From Rickettsiaceae bacterium (GTDB lineage Bacteria > Pseudomonadota > Alphaproteobacteria > Rickettsiales > Rickettsiaceae), in NCBI GenBank assembly GCA_033763595.1, contig JANRKH010000021.1, forward strand, positions 886 to 64,885: a stretch of DNA of 64,000 bases, read 5' to 3'. This document shows, one piece after another, positions 28,564 to 37,927 of the stretch; positions within the stretch are counted from its first letter, which is position 1; every line of letters starts with the position of its first letter. Both the position numbers and the translations under genes were made by a program. A model generated the notes under the pieces. It was not told the origin of the DNA. It saw only the letters and a program-made list of their open reading frames with translations, and did no database searches.

Positions 28564-29549
28564 GCTACGCTGCCTTAGAGAAATATCTACAACCTTTTAG
28601 GGCATTATTTGCAGAAGAGGGTCTAAATGAGATAATGGTTAATAAACCTGGAGAAGCATGGGTAGAAAAAAGGGGCGAGCAAAGAAAGGAGGTAATACCA
28701 GAAATTGACCTAGATCACCTGCTAGGACTTGGCAGGTTAATAGCACAATCAACTGAGCAAGTAATTTCCGAAGAGACTCCTCTTTTATCTGCTACGCTTC
28801 CTATTGGATATAGAATTCAGGTAGTGTTCCCGCCTGTTTGTGAGCCTGGTAACGTTGCAATGTCTATAAGAAAATTTAGTCAGGTGCAATATACTTTGGA
28901 TGATTATGAAAAAATGGGAGCATTTAGTACAACAGTCACAAAGTCTCTCGAAAATCCTGATGATAAAATTCTATCAGATTATTTAAAAAATAATAAAATT
29001 AAAGACTTTATATCTCATGCTATTAAGTGCAAGAAAAATATAATTATAAGCGGCGGTACTTCAACCGGTAAAACAACTTTTACAAATGCCGCATTACTTG
29101 CAATTCCTGAAGATGAGCGGATTATTACAGTAGAAGATGCAAGGGAAATTCAACTTCCGAAACATCCAAACAGGCTCCATCTTGTTGCGTCAAAGGGGGG
29201 GCAGGGAAGAGCAAAAGTATCTACGCAAGATCTAATTGAGGCATGTCTGAGGCTTAGACCAGATAGAATTATTGTAGGAGAGCTAAGGGGCAAGGAGGCA
29301 TTTAGTTTTTTACGTGCTATAAACACTGGTCATCCTGGTTCTATTTCAACTTTGCATGCAGATACACCGGAGATGGCGCTAGAGCAGCTTAAGCTTATGG
29401 TTATGCAGGCAGGACTTGGTATGCCGCCTGATGAAATTGGCAAGTACATTCACTCAGTCGTTGATATTGTGATTCAGTTAAAAAGGGGAGATAGCGGAAC
29501 AAGATACATATCCCAGGTATATTATAAAGACAAGGAACTAAAAAACTAA
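28560..29549 (+). CDS. virB11: type IV secretion ATPase VirB11
   Basis: Walker A ISGGTSTGKTT, Asp/His boxes (RIIVGELRG, TGHPGSISTLHA). ATGA overlap with the virB10 stop. Confidence 0.93.
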   Translation: MSYAALEKYLQPFRALFAEEGLNEIMVNKPGEAWVEKRGEQRKEVIPEIDLDHLLGLGRLIAQSTEQVISEETPLLSATLPIGYRIQVVFPPVCEPGNVAMSIRKFSQVQYTLDDYEKMGAFSTTVTKSLENPDDKILSDYLKNNKIKDFISHAIKCKKNIIISGGTSTGKTTFTNAALLAIPEDERIITVEDAREIQLPKHPNRLHLVASKGGQGRAKVSTQDLIEACLRLRPDRIIVGELRGKEAFSFLRAINTGHPGSISTLHADTPEMALEQLKLMVMQAGLGMPPDEIGKYIHSVVDIVIQLKRGDSGTRYISQVYYKDKELKN

Positions 29550-29558
29550 AGGAAATCT

Positions 29559-31352
29559 ATGAATTATAGTGTTAGTGTACAAAAATTTTTCAGTCAGATT
29601 TTTTTACATTTGTTTTTAGCGTCAATAATCATTTGGGCGTCTGGATGTTGTATATCAGTTGTTACAGGCGAATACTCGGCAGTTGGAATAAATGCTGTAC
29701 CATACTCGATATTTTACAAATGGGCAAAATGGCTAGTAGAGTCATATAATGATATAAGCATATTAGCAGATATCGAAAATTTTGGATATTTGAAGATCAA
29801 AATTATAACTGCAGGACTAGTACCTTTTGTGTTAGCATCTATTCCTTATTATATTTACTGGGATAACATTGTAGAATTGAATATTTTTGCCGAAGGTGAA
29901 AAAATTCACGGCGATGCCAAATGGGGTTCATCATACGATATCAAAAGAGCGGGTCTTAGGGCAAAAAAAGGTATGATTTTGGGTGTAGATAACACAGGTT
30001 ACTATGTCGCAGGAGATTTTCAGCATGCTCTATTATTTGCCCCTACTGGATCTGGTAAGGGCGTTGGGTTTGTAATACCAAATTTGCTTTTTTGGGAAGA
30101 TTCTATAATTGTGCACGATATAAAACTCGAAAACTATGATCTCACATCTGGCTGGAGGGCTTCGCAGGGGCAAAAATGTTATGTTTGGGAACCTGCAAAT
30201 CCGGACGGCATATCTCATTGCTATAATCCACTTGATTGGGTAAGTTCTAAGCCGGGGCAAATGGTCGATGATGTGCAAAAAATATGTAATTTGGTGTTGC
30301 CAAAACAAGATTTCTGGGAAAATGAAGCAAGAAGCTTACTACTTGCTGTGATATTATATTTGATCGCGGACCCTAATAAAGTCGCAACATTTGGCGAGGT
30401 GGTCAGGACCATGAGAAGCGACGATGTCGCCTATACTTTTGCAGTTGTTTTAGATACAATGGGAGGAGAGATTCACCCAGTTGCATATATGAACCTAGCT
30501 GCGTTTTTACAAAAAGCCGATAAAGAAAGATCTGGCGTAATTTCTACACTAAATTCTTCTCTGGAGTTATGGGCAAACCCACTTATAGATTCTACAACTG
30601 CAAGGTCAGATTTTAATTTCATGAATATCAAAAGGGAAAAAACAACAATATACGTCGGCCTGACTCCTGATAACATAGCAAGACTAACAAGGCTTATGCA
30701 GGTGTTTTATCAGCAAGCTACAGAGTTTTTAAGTAGAAAAATACCAGATAAAAAAGAAGAACCTTACGGTGTTATGTTTTTAATGGATGAATTTCCAACC
30801 CTTGGGAAAATGGAGCAATTTAAAACAGGTATAGCATATTTTAGAGGCTACAGAGTGCGGTTGTTTTTGATTGTACAAGATACTCAGCAGCTCAAGGGAA
30901 TTTATGAGGATTCTGGTATGAATTCTTTCCTATCAAACTCAACTTTCAGAATCACATTCTCAGCTAACAACTACGAGACTGCCAATTTAATCTCTCAGTT
31001 ATGTGGTAATAAAACGGTTGAGTCAAAGTCTTATAGTAGAAAAGTGATAGAGTTCGCTCCTTTAAATCAATCTGTGAGTATTTCTAAAACATCAAGGGCG
31101 TTACTATTACCTCAGGAAGTTATGTTACTTCCAAGAGATGAGCAAATTTTACTCATTGAATCTTACCCGCCTATCAAATCAAAAAAGATCATATACTTCA
31201 AGGATAGTTTTTTTACCGCAAGATTACTTCCTCCTGTTTTTGTCCCTACTCAAAAGCCATATGATCCAAATGCAAATTCAGAGCAAGAGACAGGAAATCA
31301 ACCAAACGACGATGAAGCTGCAGATGACTTAGAAAATGAAGAGCAGCAGTAA
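29559..31352 (+). CDS. virD4: type IV secretion coupling protein VirD4
   Basis: N-terminal TM segments, Walker A FAPTGSGKGVGFVIPN, Walker B FLMDEFPTLG, acidic C-terminal tail. Confidence 0.93.
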   Translation: MNYSVSVQKFFSQIFLHLFLASIIIWASGCCISVVTGEYSAVGINAVPYSIFYKWAKWLVESYNDISILADIENFGYLKIKIITAGLVPFVLASIPYYIYWDNIVELNIFAEGEKIHGDAKWGSSYDIKRAGLRAKKGMILGVDNTGYYVAGDFQHALLFAPTGSGKGVGFVIPNLLFWEDSIIVHDIKLENYDLTSGWRASQGQKCYVWEPANPDGISHCYNPLDWVSSKPGQMVDDVQKICNLVLPKQDFWENEARSLLLAVILYLIADPNKVATFGEVVRTMRSDDVAYTFAVVLDTMGGEIHPVAYMNLAAFLQKADKERSGVISTLNSSLELWANPLIDSTTARSDFNFMNIKREKTTIYVGLTPDNIARLTRLMQVFYQQATEFLSRKIPDKKEEPYGVMFLMDEFPTLGKMEQFKTGIAYFRGYRVRLFLIVQDTQQLKGIYEDSGMNSFLSNSTFRITFSANNYETANLISQLCGNKTVESKSYSRKVIEFAPLNQSVSISKTSRALLLPQEVMLLPRDEQILLIESYPPIKSKKIIYFKDSFFTARLLPPVFVPTQKPYDPNANSEQETGNQPNDDEAADDLENEEQQ

Positions 31353-31355
31353 TAA

Positions 31356-31622
31356 ACCAACTCCTTAAAATTGAGCCTAAACATATGAATTTTAGCCCAA
31401 GGTCCTCTGCGGAAAGCTTATGTAAATAAGTGCGCAGGGCCTGTGAGACCAGCCGCACTTTGTATTGATCATTTCATTGGATTATTTATAGTCTTTTAGG
31501 TTGGATTAGATACTAGGCGCGAGGAGAGAAGCCTATGAGTATTAGGTGAGCGACGAGTCAACAACGTAGCTAATTCAACATAAAAGACTATAGTTCGGTC
31601 ATTGAAAAATGGGATGCGAGAT
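31356..31622 (+). repeat. composite repeat: family-B element with a complete family-C element nested inside (31487..31592)
   Basis: ACCAACTCCTTAAAATTGAGCCTAAACATATGAATTTTAGCCC...GATCATTTCATTGG | TATAGTCTTTTAGG...AAAAGACTATA | GTTCGGTCATTGAAAAATGGGATGCGAGATTA. Starts 4 nt after the virD4 stop. Confidence 0.8.
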
Positions 31623-32195
31623 TATACTGCAGAGATTTGATCTGCATGATGAGGGATATGAACTTGTACAACTAGTACAAAAATCAAAAACACACTTGAC
31701 ATGAGAATGTTAATAACCTATTAATAGTTTTATGTGAGTTTTATGTCACAGTTTTTGTTTTGTTTAAGTCAAAGTAACGGCATAAGTAAATACGTTTTGG
31801 TTAGTGTAGGTGGTTAATTGAACTAGCTGAGATATGTTGATTTTCTAACTCGAAAAATTTTTCCGGACTCCGGACTATTTAAGATTTTAATTTGCAAGTT
31901 TAGTTTGCTGATTTTTGAGTTTGTGATTTTGATGGCGGAGTTGATCACTGATTGTATCTTGATTTGTAGAGTTATTTCTCAGATAAATTTTTCGTTCATG
32001 TTTTGAAAATTAGGATTTATTTTGAAAGTAAATATTACGGATAGATTTAGGCGTATATTTTGATCGTTATTTTGATTAAAGCAATACTCCGATCCTTAGT
32101 AATATATAGATTTCAATATAAAATTACCACTTATGGGCTCTTCAAAAACTTATATTCGTGAAATTTATTTTAAACTAATGTAATACGAGGTTTTT

Positions 32196-33497
32196 ATGTT
32201 TCAAACAATTATAGATTTTTTCAAATGGTTCATTAACGGTTGCCAGAACTTTTTCTACAGAAATAGTCAGCTTCTTACTGCCGCTAAAGAAGGCGATGCA
32301 CAAAAGATTGATGATCTTGTTAAAGCTGGCGCTTTTGTGAATGCAAAAGGCATTTTATCGGGAGATTCAGCTCTTATAATAGCTATTAAGGAAAATAAAA
32401 AAGAGGCAATCGCAAAGCTTTTAGAGCTAAAAGCGGATCCGAACCTTAAGGATGCAAAAGGCAAAACCCCGCTGGAACATGCCGTGAGAACTCTGAATTC
32501 AGATGCAATCAAGGCGCTGTTCGATAATGGCGCAGATGTTAACCAAGTTTCCAAATCAGGTGAGAATTTATTTAGCGTTGCGTTTTCTTTGCTCAAAAAA
32601 CAATCAGAGGATTATCAAGATGATTCTGATGACCAAACCGTGGCAGATGATAATCGCTCAGTAAACACAGTTATTAAGACGCTTTTTTCAAATGAAAAAC
32701 TTGATTTTACCAAGTTTGGAAAAGAAAACCCGTTATTAAAAGCGTATAAGAGTGATATTGACTTGGCAAAAAATATTCTTGAGGATAGTGTTATTAATCA
32801 AATCACAAAAGACAAACTGATTTCATCTGCTATAAAAATAGTTCAGGAGACTAAAGATGATGCTTTATTGGAAGATTTTGTGCAATTTATTAGAAAATCT
32901 ACTCAAGATCCTTTTGTTTCAACTACTTCAGCTCCTTTATATTCAGCACTAACACTTGGCGGTAATGAGGCAGTCAAAAAATTACTCAAATTAGCGGCTA
33001 GCAAAGCAGAAGTAGACAAGATTGTATCTGATGCATTCGTTCAGGCAGCAAGAGAGGGTGACTCTGATACAACTGAAAAGCTATTAGCTGAATTGCAAAG
33101 AAGGGTCATCATAGATGATGAATTGGACTTTTCTGGTAAGTTTACTCAAGCATATTATGAGGCATGGTCTAAAGGTCATACTGACGTTGCAAAAATAATA
33201 TCTGGAAAAGTGTCTATAGATCTAACGCAAGAAATAACTTTAGGGGGTGAAGAAAAAGTTGCAGCTAATATTGCTTTACCTAATGTATCTTTCGTAAGAA
33301 ATACTTTAGCATCTAAATCAGGGGATCGTATCTATGTTGTTAAGGATGACTATACTCAAGAAGAATTGAAAGTTATGAAACACAATATTCCAAGCTACTT
33401 AGATTTTGACCCTAAAGATCTAGATGCCAGTGGGCTTGGCTCCATCCTCGGCGCACCTACGTTTACAGGCGTAAATATAGACGAACATTTTGGCTAA
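32196..33497 (+). CDS. ankyrin-repeat protein (candidate secreted effector)
   Basis: At least three ankyrin repeats at the N-terminus (LLTAAKEGDAQKIDDLVKAGAFVNA..., GDSALIIAIKENKKEAIAKLLELKADPNLKD, GKTPLEHAVRTLNSDAIKALFDNGADVN). The rest is helical and unassigned. Acidic C-terminal tail. Confidence 0.85.
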   Translation: MFQTIIDFFKWFINGCQNFFYRNSQLLTAAKEGDAQKIDDLVKAGAFVNAKGILSGDSALIIAIKENKKEAIAKLLELKADPNLKDAKGKTPLEHAVRTLNSDAIKALFDNGADVNQVSKSGENLFSVAFSLLKKQSEDYQDDSDDQTVADDNRSVNTVIKTLFSNEKLDFTKFGKENPLLKAYKSDIDLAKNILEDSVINQITKDKLISSAIKIVQETKDDALLEDFVQFIRKSTQDPFVSTTSAPLYSALTLGGNEAVKKLLKLAASKAEVDKIVSDAFVQAAREGDSDTTEKLLAELQRRVIIDDELDFSGKFTQAYYEAWSKGHTDVAKIISGKVSIDLTQEITLGGEEKVAANIALPNVSFVRNTLASKSGDRIYVVKDDYTQEELKVMKHNIPSYLDFDPKDLDASGLGSILGAPTFTGVNIDEHFG

Positions 33498-33622
33498 TGA
33501 TCGACCGAATTCTTGTGTTTTATTGATAAATTAATTGTGATTAATGGAGACCTCGGATTTGTTTATGCTCTAATGAACAAACTAAGGAGTCTCCATGGAA
33601 TCAGTGTATTATTAGATACAAG

Positions 33623-33778
33623 AATAGATCTCTCCGGACACTCGCTTACTTGCAAGCTAGTAGCAGGCGCAGGCGGAGCGCAAAACCGCAAGCGTAACAG
33701 AGGCACGTGAGGATTCTGCTATACTTGCGCAAGGCGCAATTGCCTCTAGGAGTAGAGTTTTTAGGAGAGGAGCTCTAA
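33623..33778 (+). repeat. GC-rich palindromic repeat, family D
   Basis: Termini AATAGATCTCTCCGGACACTC ... GAGTTTTTAGGAGAGGAGCT. Core GCAGGCGGAGCGCAAAACCGC...GTGAGGATTCTGCTATACTTGCGCA is shared with 45721..45882 and 57069..57216. Confidence 0.82.
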
Positions 33779-33882
33779 TGAATTTCGTAGGTTTCGCCTA
33801 TCTACGCTCGTATTTTTATACGCTAAAGCTTGCTCGCCTTAAAATTTATGCGCAGAGTTTAATACTATATACTTTTTATGAA

Positions 33883-34350
33883 TTATAAAGCTGGATTCAG
33901 ATGTAAGGACTCTGATTCACCAACAAGACCCTGGGTATCATTTAGTTCTATTGTTTGAAATTCATCCTCTGCGACTGTATGAGAATGTTTATCTTGTTGT
34001 TTTAGTATTGCTATTATATCGTCTTGAGATGCTTCTTTTTGATCAAGTGAGTAATAATACTCAAACATTTCAACAGCTAACACTGCTGAAAATAATACTG
34101 TGTGCACTGCCGCAGCATATAAAAAAATGCTAGCAGCTGTATCGCAAAAAACCATTAAACTTACAGGGATTGACATTCCGATAGCTTCCATTATAAAAGC
34201 AACTGATGTTCCGCCCGTCCAAAATATGTCTGATGCTACTGGACCGATTACACTCGCAATCCCAGTAATTATCGCATAATCCGCTGCGCCCTGCAATGCT
34301 ACAAAGGCATTTGTTTTAAGCGTGTCAAGATAGCTACTAATTGTGATCAT
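33883..34350 (-). CDS. hypothetical multi-pass small membrane protein
   Basis: 155 aa. The N-terminal ~100 aa form 3-4 hydrophobic segments, followed by an acidic soluble tail. I recognise no family. Confidence 0.65.
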   Translation of the reverse strand: MITISSYLDTLKTNAFVALQGAADYAIITGIASVIGPVASDIFWTGGTSVAFIMEAIGMSIPVSLMVFCDTAASIFLYAAAVHTVLFSAVLAVEMFEYYYSLDQKEASQDDIIAILKQQDKHSHTVAEDEFQTIELNDTQGLVGESESLHLNPAL

Positions 34351-34479
34351 ACATTTCTCTTGTAAATTTATCTCGCATTATACATTAATTCAATAAAATA
34401 ACAAGTAAATTTTTTAAGAAATATGTAGTAATTTTTTAGAAATATTTTCTATTTTTTTCTATTATGTTTGTAATGATAC

Positions 34480-34585
34480 TATAGTCTTTTAGGTTGGATT
34501 AGATACTAGGCGCGAGGAGAGAAGCCTATGAGTATTAGGTGAGCGACGAGTCAACAACGTAGCTAATTCAACCTAAAAGACTATA
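34480..34585 (+). repeat. palindromic repeat, family C
   Basis: TATAGTCTTTTAGGTTGGATTAGATACTAGGCGCGAGGAGAGAAGCCTATGAGTATTAGGTGAGCGACGAGTCAACAACGTAGCTAATTCAACCTAAAAGACTATA. Confidence 0.9.
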
Positions 34586-34589
34586 TATT

Positions 34590-34695
34590 ATACCAAATCC
34601 CAGATTAAATAATACTAGGAGCAAGTCACGAAGCCTACTACATGCTAGGTGAGCGACGAGCGACGAAGTAGTACTTAAAAATGGGATTTGGTATT
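34590..34695 (+). repeat. palindromic repeat, family A
   Basis: Full copy 4 nt after the family-C copy. Confidence 0.9.
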
Positions 34696-34926
34696 ATATA
34701 TGGCACATATTCTTCATATAAATCCGACAAGCAATTCTTGTTGTACTTGTGTGATATTCGTGATAATTGCAAAATTATCACTCTTATAATTTGCTTTAAA
34801 AGCTATATAGTATTTTGTATTTACTAATTGCTTCTAGGAAATAATATGACATAACAAATCTAAAATTTAGCACGATAACTAGTTTTGTGTACAAATATAA
34901 TTCACTAATTAATAACGATATACATT

Positions 34927-36099
34927 ATGCTGAAAAAAACCTTTTATAATCAAGTTTTGTGCATTTTGCTAATGTTTACATTTTTTAATGCCAAAGCTAC
35001 TTCTAGCTCTTTCGCAGGCGCCAGTGACTATAAAACACTTGGTTTATTGTATCAATATTACGGCTATACTTTGGTGACAAAAGCAGATGCAAAAATAATT
35101 ATGAATAATTCTGAGTTAATGTCTTTGAATGTTGGTGATATTGCTCATTCTAGCGCTGCTCTGAGGATGCAAAAGATAACATGCAAAAAACCAGAAAAGT
35201 GTCATGAGCATAATTTTGAGGTTTGGATTAGAGGAAATGCATTAAGAGGTGAGCAAAATCATTCTTTCGAGAAAGATTCCGATTACTCAATAGATCTATA
35301 CGGCAAAACTATAGGAATAGACGGATATCTTAGCGAAACTTTATTGACAGGTATCTCGTTTAGTAGAGTAGGCGGAAATACTACTGATACAAGTTTGAAC
35401 AATTATAGTAACTCTACTACAGTTTATCTGCCAAATAATTCCTTCTCCTCGAGGCCATATACAATATACTTGGCATATGATACTGGTACTGACATTTTTT
35501 GGAAAAATATCTTTAGTTTAAGTGAAAGTATCTTGCAGAAGAAATCAATAGTTACTGGGACTATCGACGGCTATTCAAAATCTACTTTGCACAAATCCAT
35601 AGCGAATACTCTATCCAAAAATTTTGAAACTACATTAGAATATAAACATCTAATAAATAAAGATGAGAATTGCTATATCGTGCCTTTTGCTGGAGCTAAA
35701 CTTGCGCAATTTAAGAATAGCTTAGATATAAGTTACACCGATGAATATAAGGATTTAGAAGGTTATTCGTATGATATAGTTAAGCCAGTTTATAAGTCCG
35801 TCCTGAGTGGCCTTGTGGGCTCTAAGCTAGTGCTTTCTCGTAAAATCTCTAACGATATGTACTTCATTCCCACAATCAGCTTAGCTGGTGGAAAAAAATT
35901 ACTCAAGCAAGACTCAAGAGCTAATGGATTTGACCTGGCTAACCTAAAAAAATATGGCAAAAAAGGTTATTTCATGAATTTCGGAGTTGATGCAGCCCTG
36001 GATAACTCATATCTGAAGATACAAGCAGACTATAAGTTGTACGCAAGAGAAAAGTATATAGCGCATCAGGCTGGTCTTGCTGCTATCTTAAACTTTTAA
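34927..36099 (+). CDS. outer-membrane beta-barrel protein, autotransporter-beta-domain-like, with almost no passenger
   Basis: Signal peptide. Central pattern FEVWIRGNALRG...YSIDLYGKTIGIDGY...GISFSR is typical of autotransporter beta domains. Terminal beta-signal ...AGLAAILNF ends in Phe. Confidence 0.7.
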   Translation: MLKKTFYNQVLCILLMFTFFNAKATSSSFAGASDYKTLGLLYQYYGYTLVTKADAKIIMNNSELMSLNVGDIAHSSAALRMQKITCKKPEKCHEHNFEVWIRGNALRGEQNHSFEKDSDYSIDLYGKTIGIDGYLSETLLTGISFSRVGGNTTDTSLNNYSNSTTVYLPNNSFSSRPYTIYLAYDTGTDIFWKNIFSLSESILQKKSIVTGTIDGYSKSTLHKSIANTLSKNFETTLEYKHLINKDENCYIVPFAGAKLAQFKNSLDISYTDEYKDLEGYSYDIVKPVYKSVLSGLVGSKLVLSRKISNDMYFIPTISLAGGKKLLKQDSRANGFDLANLKKYGKKGYFMNFGVDAALDNSYLKIQADYKLYAREKYIAHQAGLAAILNF

Positions 36100-36144
36100 A
36101 GATAGAATTAATTTTTAGAATAATTAAATAAGAAGGGATATATT

Positions 36145-37389
36145 ATGAGCATCAATATTCAGACATACTTGCGTTTTATTATGCAGGTTTTTGCTATAAG
36201 CTTAATATGTGTATCTAACGCTCAATCTAGTTCTCAGACGGTAAACAAAAACGCAATTACACAAAAAACTACCCGTAATCAGTTTGGTTCAGCCGCTTTG
36301 TTTTATGGCTATGATTTCATTGATCCGTCAAATGCACAGCAACTTCAGACTCAAACTCAAGTAACAAGTGCTAATAATACAAGAATTATTAGTAATGTTA
36401 TTGCAGATCGCCTGTCATTTAGTAAATATATTGATCATAAGAACCATGATAATCACAAAAACAGAGATTTCTGGGTTTCTATGTTAGCATATAGCTCAAG
36501 TTCTAGGAAAGAAGAATATCCAAACATTACACAAACAGAATTAGCTTACTCAAGTTATGATACGATTATGTATGGTCCGGTTATCGGGTTAGATAAAAAA
36601 ATTGTCGATAATTTTACCGTTGGTCTTTCTATCTCAAAACAAAAAGGATACTCAAAAGCTAGAGATGTGAAACCTACACCTCGAAATAATTTTTCAAATG
36701 TTTTGTATTATGAATTAATGGATGATGCATCCGTTGCATCAAGAAATCAAAATCTTAATGTTTATGCAAGATATGACTTTACCGATTCTATTTCCTTAAG
36801 CGGTATTGTTTCTGCAAGTGAGCAATCTCTTAAAAAAAATGCATTGTTTTATTACAACTATCAAGTATTTGATCCATACACATTATACAAAATAATGATG
36901 AATACCGAAAGTAAGAATTTTTTTGCAAAGCTTGAATATAAAAATGACTCGTTAAGCAATAAAATAGAAATTATACCATACATAGGCCTTGCTGGGGGCA
37001 AATATAAAACAAAAGTAGATTACTCATATTTTGATACTTCGAATCAAGAGTCTTTCAAGAGAGACTACGTTAGTCCTCAGCATTATTCAGAGGTGAATGG
37101 AAAAATTGGTTCAGCGATTCTTACGAATTTCGAAATAAACAAAAATTCTACACTGGTTCCATCTTTATCCATAGGAGCTGGAAAAAGGTTATTTGATAAG
37201 TCCGCAAGATCATCTGGCCTAGATTTTAAATCTTGGCGTATAACAGGTAATAATGACTATAATTTTGATTTAGGAGCAAATCTTGGGCTTTTTAGTAATG
37301 GATATGAAGCGCAAACCGAGTACAAGCTCTTTGCAAAAGAAGGATATTTGTCGCATCAGCTTGCACTGACTCTTGGGATTTCATTTTAG
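36145..37389 (+). CDS. outer-membrane beta-barrel protein, diverged tandem paralog of 34927..36099
   Basis: Signal peptide, same overall pattern (DFWVSMLAYSSS...YGPVIGLDKKI...GLSISK), C-terminus ...LALTLGISF. Confidence 0.7.
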   Translation: MSINIQTYLRFIMQVFAISLICVSNAQSSSQTVNKNAITQKTTRNQFGSAALFYGYDFIDPSNAQQLQTQTQVTSANNTRIISNVIADRLSFSKYIDHKNHDNHKNRDFWVSMLAYSSSSRKEEYPNITQTELAYSSYDTIMYGPVIGLDKKIVDNFTVGLSISKQKGYSKARDVKPTPRNNFSNVLYYELMDDASVASRNQNLNVYARYDFTDSISLSGIVSASEQSLKKNALFYYNYQVFDPYTLYKIMMNTESKNFFAKLEYKNDSLSNKIEIIPYIGLAGGKYKTKVDYSYFDTSNQESFKRDYVSPQHYSEVNGKIGSAILTNFEINKNSTLVPSLSIGAGKRLFDKSARSSGLDFKSWRITGNNDYNFDLGANLGLFSNGYEAQTEYKLFAKEGYLSHQLALTLGISF

Positions 37390-37407
37390 GAATATCATCA
37401 CGACTGG

Positions 37408-37556
37408 TACAAAATCTCTATATTTAAACCTTAACATATGAATTTTAGGGCAGGGCCAGCTTTTAGAGTATATAAAAGCACTTACAGCTGAGGTCTAGCT
37501 GCAATTCAAACTAATGATTTAATTTTTAATCATTAAAAAATGCTATTTAATGTAAT
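37408..37556 (+). repeat. palindromic repeat, family B (termini degenerate)
   Basis: ...AAAATCTCTATATTTAAACCTTAACATATGAATTTTAGGGC...TAATCATTAAAAAATGCTATTTAATGTA. Lies about 100 nt upstream of tRNA-Arg. Confidence 0.7.
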
Positions 37557-37658
37557 GAGCAAGCAAGAGCACCCCACATTCTCGTTTAAAAAGTAGCAGT
37601 TAGCATAATATAATTGACTTTTACAAAAAAATCGTTATAAGCGAATTCATCTTCCAAA

Positions 37659-37735
37659 GCGCCCTTAGCTCAGCTGGATAGAGCAACAGATTTCTAATCT
37701 GTGGGTCAGAGGTTCGAATCCTTTAGGGCGCGCCA
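37659..37735 (+). tRNA. tRNA-Arg (anticodon TCT), CCA encoded
   Basis: GCGCCCTTAGCTCAGCTGGATAGAGCAACAGATTTCTAATCTGTGGGTCAGAGGTTCGAATCCTTTAGGGCGCGCCA. Anticodon stem ACAGA/TCTGT, loop TTTCTAA. Confidence 0.93.
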
Positions 37736-37927
37736 AATATTTTCTTATCGCAAATCTTTACGAACAATCTTTTAGCCTTTGTCAGTCCTAAAATCAAATA
37801 ACTCTAACATGACATGATTCATGACATGACTTTTAAGATGTTTATTCTCAAAGATAGAATGATAAATATTGATCAAATGCTATAATTTCAATATGTTTAT
37901 TCGCTAATTCACTAAACGTAACACTTA

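Noticed and set aside
33545-33595. Imperfect 19-nt inverted repeat (TGGAGACCTCGGATTTGTT ... AACAAACTAAGGAGTCTCCA) 48 nt after the ankyrin stop, considered as a rho-independent terminator
   Set aside because: The hairpin is real in the sequence but no T-tract follows it. I cannot support a terminator call, so it is left unannotated.
33513-33710. 65-aa plus-strand ORF. The same applies to 56962..57183 (-)
   Set aside because: Both are read-throughs of GC-rich family-D repeats, with Arg/Ala/Gly-rich translations that recur wherever the repeat occurs. They are not genes.
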